IMG/VR virus record: IMGVR_UViG_3300031227_011455
Span: 1,188-65,187 of that record
Length of the DNA: 64,000 bases
Reading direction: 5' to 3' (one strand)
DNA from: a virus
Lineage: Duplodnaviria > Caudoviricetes
A program made the translations under genes and the position numbers. Positions 58,901 through 64,000 of the stretch are shown here, piece by piece. Every line of letters begins with the position of its first letter. The stretch's first letter is position 1. Below the pieces are notes generated by a model. That model was not told the DNA's origin, made no database searches, and saw only the letters and a program-made list of their open reading frames with translations.

Positions 58901-58923
58901 AAATCTAGAAATTCTAATGGCAT
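55903..58923 (-). CDS. rpoC: Multisubunit RNA polymerase beta' subunit, set 2
   Basis: GLFSELIFG, GKRVDFSGRAVI, RDPVLH, catalytic NADFDGD, TGYTARKL, AAQNIGE; N-terminal zinc finger absent. Confidence 0.94.
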   Translation of the reverse strand: MPLEFLDLNDFTKNLQPVTSSQIRSRGEDFHPKGLFSELIFGVENSLSRKQTFSYIDLNTFIIHPTAYKVFIRLDRKLEKFFSTEDSFILDKDGNLIQDDNGVTGIPEFIKLFPKIKLRGETSDRDKFIDVIQESYKNGTLFINKIPVIPPEHRPVFRGEDGRDSIDKINDFYMSLIKRSTSIKTFGSAKGTMYELVNWGIQKSAIDLDDYIRTKIGKKFGLIRSQLLGKRVDFSGRAVITGGPQLTSEQIGIPFKLALSLFEPFIIFVLLHSGKINKKDLETEIKKATKLDLSTNSLSIIFRSLKAGDIVSENIYKIIFDATVFASEGRVVLAKRDPVLHAESVRAFYPVIVEGNTIQISTLVTGGFNADFDGDQMAIFHPLTSDAQEEAKKRLLMTRSSTSSSSITFELSKEMCVGLFLITKDLKVFKSPININKSDIEKATDPYIPVVYKKQNTTMGKAIFNNCLPNDFRFVNELVTKKIANNLIFEVVNKYGDKEGREVASKLKDIGFKFATILSPSLNLDEITIPPEIYELKKNLDKATTEEALDLINRMREIMIKHLKNTGLYDLVESGSTKGWDQPIQILVAKGVMADPTGKILPPIKGSLSDGLSPTEYFNAAGGSRAGIIDRVINTANTGYTARKLAFLLNSVELDWTLKDCGSKLTLDIKLDNDLIRRLKGRYIIKNGKVQEFDPSKFKAGDLIHLRSPIFCKSLKICHTCYGKLLEIHKSPYVGVIAAQNIGERGTQLIMRSFHSTSIKAIQRDIPKDIYENDPLVKIEQIKSKLNQIENNLYCSQDCSMLINLDSYEIGDNLIIKDDENIIQLNGLISTMTFSDLSFDIILDYPVYIKYDEIFKTKQEIKLTFKKDDEILEVPLQKQDLKEVVLYVERLISGKERFKNINHLFLKFYKMYDDSNMDLVHMEILISQVLRDKDNIVIPSRVGKDPMNPTMTNIKKNIFSSGLLQGLAFENVNTAINTGLITKTELEPSVLEKLLTGTLVEEEKKY

Positions 58924-59390
58924 TATTTATTCCCTTTAATATTATCCAAATATTTCTTCATCTTTGAAAAAGATTTTGTTATGTTAGCTTTCTGAGCAGC
59001 TCTTTCCGGAGGTTTTGGAATATCTTTAGAATATGTATTATGCATTCTCTGTAATTTTTTCATGGATACCTCAAGCATACCCCTATCCACATCTTCTCTA
59101 CCTGATAAACGATTCGCCAATTTCATTGCAAAAGCTATCATATTTTTATCTGTAGAACCATTACGGTTACACACTGGCAGGATCATGTTATCTTTATTGC
59201 CCATTCTTACAGGTAAAAAACATTTCGGATGTTTTTCCGACATTCTTTTTCTAGTTTCTTTATCCATAACTGCTTTAAGTTCATCTCTAAATGAGAAAGG
59301 TGTAACTATATCATTAACTTTTTGGATAAACTCTTCTAAATTTTGAAAATCTTCTTTTAAAACTTTCTTTTTCATTTTATTTTCCTCCAA
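58923..59390 (-). CDS. Hypothetical protein leading the RNAP set 2 operon
   Basis: 155 aa; TAATG overlap with beta'. Confidence 0.7.
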   Translation of the reverse strand: MEENKMKKKVLKEDFQNLEEFIQKVNDIVTPFSFRDELKAVMDKETRKRMSEKHPKCFLPVRMGNKDNMILPVCNRNGSTDKNMIAFAMKLANRLSGREDVDRGMLEVSMKKLQRMHNTYSKDIPKPPERAAQKANITKSFSKMKKYLDNIKGNK

Positions 59391-59407
59391 AATATCGTAT
59401 AAACTAA

Positions 59408-59424
59408 TTTATAATTTGTTCTAA
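59408..59424 (-). promoter_or_regulatory. Candidate phage promoter, class B (TTAGAACAAATTATAAA)
   Basis: Identical to 5045-5061. Confidence 0.6.
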
Positions 59425-59446
59425 ATTTCATACAAATTAACGAACA

Positions 59447-59483
59447 AAAAAAATAGCAATCCAAATTAAATTACTATTTTTTT
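59447..59483 (-). terminator. AT-rich hairpin terminator after pth2
   Basis: aaaaaaatagcaat/attactattttttt, one mismatch. Confidence 0.45.
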
Positions 59484-59507
59484 TAAAATACTAATTAGAA
59501 TATAATT

Positions 59508-59906
59508 TTATAACAATGGAAGATGTCCAGTTATTTCATCAATTTTTTCTGAATCATCTGGTCCTATTGCGCAACATGTTTTAGTTTCAACACCATGAAA
59601 TTCAGTTAAACCTGCATCAACAACCATCGAACAGTTCATATTTAAAAATTTTGCTATTTTATAAATATCATCTAATTCTTTTTCTGAATTAACATAAACA
59701 ACAATTTTTGTAAATAATCCTTCTAACCATTCGTCTATCTTACTTAATTTATTTTCTGTTTCTTCATCTCCAAGTTCTGTTCTAATCTCGGGGGTAGCAT
59801 AACATATATCAGTTAAAACTTTTATGCTTGCATGAGCGCACTGAGCACACATCTTCCCTTTTCTCATATTTAAGTCATTTCTCATAACAATAACTTGTTT
59901 AATCAT
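59508..59906 (-). CDS. pth2: Peptidyl-tRNA hydrolase, Pth2 family
   Basis: KQVIVMR.DL.M.KGK..AQ.AHA, KIVV, DAGLTE, AIGP, ITGHLPLL. Confidence 0.93.
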   Translation of the reverse strand: MIKQVIVMRNDLNMRKGKMCAQCAHASIKVLTDICYATPEIRTELGDEETENKLSKIDEWLEGLFTKIVVYVNSEKELDDIYKIAKFLNMNCSMVVDAGLTEFHGVETKTCCAIGPDDSEKIDEITGHLPLL

Positions 59907-59919
59907 TTGTAGTCACCTC

Positions 59920-61365
59920 TTAAAAATCATTATACATTAATTTTTTCATATTATTAAATTCATCATCAAATTTTCCTGCAAACAACATGGTATAAAATTG
60001 AATCATTTCACTTTCTATTTTACTTAATGGTATTCCAGCTAATTCATTACCATCAAAGATATTAGCATATTCTACTCTGGAAATTTTTCCAATAAAATAA
60101 CCTAACATATTTCCTAGTAATAATTTAGATTGAAATCCAAAAAAGTTATTTACAGATTGTGTAGTTTTTATAAAATCTTCCATGGTTTTAACTTTATATG
60201 TAGTAGCAATTGGAATTTGTTTTTTTGGATAATAACTTAATAATGAAAATAAGTTTCTATATTCACTTATTTTAAATACTTTTCTTAATAAATGTTGAAC
60301 ATAAACTGATAATACAATTGCATGATCTGGAGCTAAAGTTTTAAAATGAATATAAGGTATTGAGGTAATGTTAGATAATATTGGATAAACAAATGAATCA
60401 CACATAGGTGAAATGTATTCTATTTTGGATAGTCTATTTTGAAAATCAACTATTGACTTATCAGCTGCATTATCATGATTTGCAGGAAATAATAATATTG
60501 AAGATCTTTCTAAATTATCATATATTTGCTCAAATGCGATACCTTTTAATCTTCCAAGAGTATCATTATAAGCATATGTTTTTAAGTTATCAACATTTGA
60601 ACCATGTATATCTTCAGTGCTTACCGTATCATCATAAACAATTTGACCTTTATACACTGATCTTAAAAACCAGTTAATTGATTCTTGAACAACACTTACA
60701 AAATAGATAATTGGATTTTTATCTACTTCACATAATACTAAAATTGAATTCATTATAAAATTAAATATTTCAATAATATGTACATCAATCGTTTTACATT
60801 GAATCATTTTAATAAAATCCCACATATATTTATCAGTAAGATTATATCTAAAAGTTTTTGTCTTAATAATATTAAAAATTTTAGTTACTGCTTCACTATT
60901 TAAAACTTCTGCTGCTAATTCATTATAAATTTTTCTATGTAATCTTTGATCTAATTTTAAATTGCTATTAAATATTAAGGAGTATACTTTTAAATAACAA
61001 GATAATCTTATAATTTTTTCAATTTCTTCTTTATTAAATAATATGCTAGTTTTTTTCGCTTTACTTTCATCAACAAATTGAGAGTAATCTATGTTTATTT
61101 CTTTTAAGTATTGATTAACAAAATTTTTAAGATTTTCTATATTTTTTTCAATTATTGGATATCTTTCTATTTCAGTTGCATATTCTTCCAAAAAAGTTTT
61201 AAACCATTCGTCAAAACCTTGACAAGTTTTAGAGATATTTTCAATAAAATTAGTAACAATAAAATATTTATTTGTAATTGTACTTGAGTTTAAAGTGATT
61301 TCTAAAAATTTTTCTTCATCTGCAAAAATTTCTAAATTTTTACCTGAAAGATTAAATCTAATCAT
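59920..61365 (-). CDS. Large helical hypothetical protein (candidate RNAP specificity subunit)
   Basis: 481 aa ORF; function inferred only from size and context. Confidence 0.7.
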   Translation of the reverse strand: MIRFNLSGKNLEIFADEEKFLEITLNSSTITNKYFIVTNFIENISKTCQGFDEWFKTFLEEYATEIERYPIIEKNIENLKNFVNQYLKEINIDYSQFVDESKAKKTSILFNKEEIEKIIRLSCYLKVYSLIFNSNLKLDQRLHRKIYNELAAEVLNSEAVTKIFNIIKTKTFRYNLTDKYMWDFIKMIQCKTIDVHIIEIFNFIMNSILVLCEVDKNPIIYFVSVVQESINWFLRSVYKGQIVYDDTVSTEDIHGSNVDNLKTYAYNDTLGRLKGIAFEQIYDNLERSSILLFPANHDNAADKSIVDFQNRLSKIEYISPMCDSFVYPILSNITSIPYIHFKTLAPDHAIVLSVYVQHLLRKVFKISEYRNLFSLLSYYPKKQIPIATTYKVKTMEDFIKTTQSVNNFFGFQSKLLLGNMLGYFIGKISRVEYANIFDGNELAGIPLSKIESEMIQFYTMLFAGKFDDEFNNMKKLMYNDF

Positions 61366-61378
61366 TAATAATCCTTTC

Positions 61379-61567
61379 TTAATCCTTTTTTAACATTTCA
61401 AGAGCTCCATTAATTTTTAAAATATTCCTATCAAAAAAATCTTTTCCAGATGATAAAACTTTGGATAAATCATAATCTATTGTGCTCCCACCGTCATCTT
61501 TTTGTGAATTACAATTTCTTGTTTTTGAATCAACTAAATTTGTAAATGTAATTCTATTAATTCTCAT
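61379..61567 (-). CDS. Hypothetical protein
   Basis: GGAGG SD; 62 aa. Confidence 0.6.
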   Translation of the reverse strand: MRINRITFTNLVDSKTRNCNSQKDDGGSTIDYDLSKVLSSGKDFFDRNILKINGALEMLKKD

Positions 61568-61608
61568 GTTATCCCTCCAAAATAAATAATTCCTATTTCT
61601 TTATAATA

Positions 61609-61619
61609 AATATATGTAG
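61609..61619 (-). promoter_or_regulatory. Candidate phage promoter, class A (CTACATATATT)
   Basis: Matches 50895-50905; intergenic at a structural to non-structural boundary. Confidence 0.5.
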
Positions 61620-61634
61620 AAGAATTAACTATAA

Positions 61635-62354
61635 CTAAAAAAAAGGAGTTATACCTTTTAAGAAAGAAGTTCCTGCTGCAACACTATCATCAATTTTTGA
61701 CATCATTCCATCAACCTGATTATTTACTTGTTCTATCGCTTGAATCTGTGCACTTCCAATTCCTTGAGATTCTAATAATGCTGTAGTATCTAATTCTCCA
61801 TTTCCTTTAAAATTATATTTTGATAGAAAACCTTGTAATCTTGCAGCTCTTGCAGTTATATCTTTTCCGCAAATAGCACTTATACAATCTAAAATTTTTA
61901 GTGATTCTGGAGTTATTATATCAACTTTTGCTGTTTTTGCTTGATCTTTCAAAGCGTCAACTAAATTTGAAGCACTAAATTCAGAAGGAATTCCTGATGC
62001 TAATGTACTTAAAAGTTGACTTGAGTTTGACTTAATTTCATTTTTAAAAGCTCTAGATAAAGTTGATGGTTGTGAAAGCATTGCATCATTTTTAGTAAAT
62101 GAACACGCATTAATCAAATCAACTAGTTCATCATATTCATCTAAAGGAGGAATAAGATTGTCTGTATTCTTTGCAATATTTTGTGAAAATTTATCTAAAG
62201 CTTCTTGCGGAGACCAACCTAATATACCTGCTAATCCAATTGTTAATGATCGTAATTTATCATCTAATTTACTTTCAACTGCAGATAATTGATCCATTCT
62301 ATTATCAAATTCATCTGTTAATTTAGAACAAAAACCATTCTTTATTATACTCAT
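61635..62354 (-). CDS. Probable virion protein
   Basis: Ala/Ser-rich helical 239 aa directly after the baseplate spike gene. Confidence 0.6.
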   Translation of the reverse strand: MSIIKNGFCSKLTDEFDNRMDQLSAVESKLDDKLRSLTIGLAGILGWSPQEALDKFSQNIAKNTDNLIPPLDEYDELVDLINACSFTKNDAMLSQPSTLSRAFKNEIKSNSSQLLSTLASGIPSEFSASNLVDALKDQAKTAKVDIITPESLKILDCISAICGKDITARAARLQGFLSKYNFKGNGELDTTALLESQGIGSAQIQAIEQVNNQVDGMMSKIDDSVAAGTSFLKGITPFF

Positions 62355-62371
62355 TTAAAAACTTCTCCTTT

Positions 62372-63259
62372 CTATCTATCACCGTTTGGATCTGGATCAC
62401 CTGCATCATCTGCTGGTGATGCTGAACCTGTCATTTCATTTACTCCAACACCATCTAAATTTATTAAACCTGATGCTAAATTATTAATAGTTCCTCCAGA
62501 TTGAGTATTTGAATTACCTCCAGCTTTTGAATTTACAGTTCCTCCAGCTTGAAGATTAATGTTACCTCCAGTTTTAAAATTAATACTATCTGTAGCCGAC
62601 ATAAATATTCCACCGTTTGATTTTACATTTACATCTCCATTAACTAAAACATGTAATTTCTGATTTTCTATATCAAAATTTATATAATCACCCTTATAAG
62701 TTTTAACTAAAATTTTTTCTTTTCCATCTCTTTCGTCAATTAAAAATGTAGTTTGATTATCAAGAATTGTATAAACAGAATCTGTATCACCACTTGGAGG
62801 ATCTTTCAACTGCCTTTTCTTACCAGTAATTTCAACTCTTTCATCATCAGGATCATCAGATATTACAATTGTTCTTCCAGAATGACTTTTGAATATTACC
62901 CATTTATTTTCCGGATTACTCCCTACTTGACATTCCGGTAAAATTTTTGTATTTTGTAAGTTTAATCCACCTAGATAAAATGGACGGTTGGGATTCCCAT
63001 TTTCAAAAAAACACCATACATAGGAACCTTTTGGAGGGATATAACAAGAACCAGAATATTGATGTTCATCATCACCATCAGAGTTTAAACCAGATATTGG
63101 ATTGTTAGCAGCAAGAGCCCATATTCCCTTATCTTGTGAAACTTTAGGCATGAGTTCTGGAATCCAAATTAAAACTCTTCCAAACATTTGAGGGTCTTTA
63201 TTATCAACTACAAGAGCTCGATGAAATCCTGAGAGTTTTTCCTTCCCTTCAATATTCAT
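62372..63259 (-). CDS. Baseplate spike / central hub (Gp5 / gpV-like)
   Basis: DNKDP..GRV, WA, P.KGSYVWCFFENGNPNRPFYLG OB-fold; C-terminal beta-helix repeats (GGNINL, GGTVNS, GGTINN). Confidence 0.85.
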   Translation of the reverse strand: MNIEGKEKLSGFHRALVVDNKDPQMFGRVLIWIPELMPKVSQDKGIWALAANNPISGLNSDGDDEHQYSGSCYIPPKGSYVWCFFENGNPNRPFYLGGLNLQNTKILPECQVGSNPENKWVIFKSHSGRTIVISDDPDDERVEITGKKRQLKDPPSGDTDSVYTILDNQTTFLIDERDGKEKILVKTYKGDYINFDIENQKLHVLVNGDVNVKSNGGIFMSATDSINFKTGGNINLQAGGTVNSKAGGNSNTQSGGTINNLASGLINLDGVGVNEMTGSASPADDAGDPDPNGDR

Positions 63260-63269
63260 TAACTTTCCT

Positions 63270-64000
63270 CTATTTAAAAGCTATCTTAGAAATTTCAATT
63301 ACTCTATTAAAACTATCCTCATTATATTTTGATATAAAAGTACTAACCAAACTTGATCCTTTCATACTGATGCACATCATAATACAAATAAACCTAGATA
63401 AATCCTCAAGAGCAGGTAAAAAATTTAAACCAAAAATTCTAAAAAATTTATTTGTAAATGCATATTTATCTATTCCTGGCATAACACCTAGATTAGATAA
63501 TGATTTTATAAAATCTTCAATATTAGAAAAATCATATGTATTTAAATCTTTTTCTATTTCATTAAAATTAAATGAAGTTACACTAGAAGCCATTTTATAA
63601 GATTTTCTTCCGGTAATACCAAAAAACGAAGATAATATATAACAATTAACTAAAAAATTTAATTTTGTTATGTTTGTTGAATAAGCTCCCAATAACCCAT
63701 ATGTTTTTCCAAATAATCCCATCAAGACACTTAAGAAAAAATTAGAAATTGGAATAAAATAAGAATTTTTAACTTTTACTTTATTCGTTACTAAATTTGA
63801 AAATAATATACCATATATCATTTGGGTATATAAATTCTTTGGATCTGGTTCAACTGAATAAATATCATCAATGTTAAATGGCGATATATTTAAAACTATT
63901 TGTTTTGTTGGAAGATTATAAGAAGTATATAAATTATAATCCGGAATATTTACAACAGCTATTGATTTTCTCTTTTCTAAATCAGTAATTAAATTAAAAA
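63270..64000 (-). CDS. Partial hypothetical protein (start lies beyond the window)
   Basis: Frame stays open upstream of the track's Met at 63821 to the window edge. Confidence 0.7.
   Translation of the reverse strand, partial: FNLITDLEKRKSIAVVNIPDYNLYTSYNLPTKQIVLNISPFNIDDIYSVEPDPKNLYTQMIYGILFSNLVTNKVKVKNSYFIPISNFFLSVLMGLFGKTYGLLGAYSTNITKLNFLVNCYILSSFFGITGRKSYKMASSVTSFNFNEIEKDLNTYDFSNIEDFIKSLSNLGVMPGIDKYAFTNKFFRIFGLNFLPALEDLSRFICIMMCISMKGSSLVSTFISKYNEDSFNRVIEISKIAFK

Noticed and set aside
193-63600. All plus-strand ORFs in the track (e.g. 33582-34175, 43322-43717, 44042-44389)
   Set aside because: They are antisense shadows of well-supported minus-strand genes, with Ser/Phe/Leu/Ile-rich composition and no recognisable motifs.
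1-64000. Cellular (bacterial/archaeal) chromosome, or stop-codon recoding
   Set aside because: Terminase and baseplate genes, duplicated divergent RNAPs and single-strand packing indicate a phage; long intact ORFs under the standard code argue against recoding.
1-64000. CRISPR array, introns, inteins, IS elements
   Set aside because: I saw no regularly spaced repeats, no interruptions in the RNAP, terminase, topoisomerase or helicase genes, and no transposase motifs.

Overview
This is a 64-kb internal segment of a very AT-rich jumbo-phage-like (contractile-tailed, Caudoviricetes) genome. Essentially every real gene is on the minus strand, is tightly packed and uses the standard genetic code, many with GGAG-type Shine-Dalgarno sites; the plus-strand ORFs are shadows. 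Contents: (1) virion and packaging genes at both ends (large terminase, baseplate hub-like, Gp5/gpV spike); (2) two complete, unsplit beta'/beta multisubunit RNA polymerase pairs (16.3-22.3 kb and 51.8-58.9 kb); (3) a phage-encoded ubiquitin-like conjugation cluster (giant E2, JAB, E1, HeH-Ubl, plus a second E1 and a mini-E2) directly upstream of the first RNAP pair; (4) replication/recombination genes (type IIA topoisomerase, SbcCD, SF2 helicase, SSB-like, a palm-only PolB-like protein); (5) FolE2, QueD, a DNA methyltransferase, radical SAM, MoxR-vWA, Pth2 and Thg1. The Thg1 gene is preceded by a ~197-nt GC-rich structured RNA with RNase P-like or T-box-like tRNA-binding motifs. Two candidate phage promoter classes, several hairpin terminators, a second candidate sRNA and two Shine-Dalgarno-led minigenes are visible. 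I saw no tRNA, rRNA or CRISPR array. All family calls come from motif recognition by eye; no database search was run.
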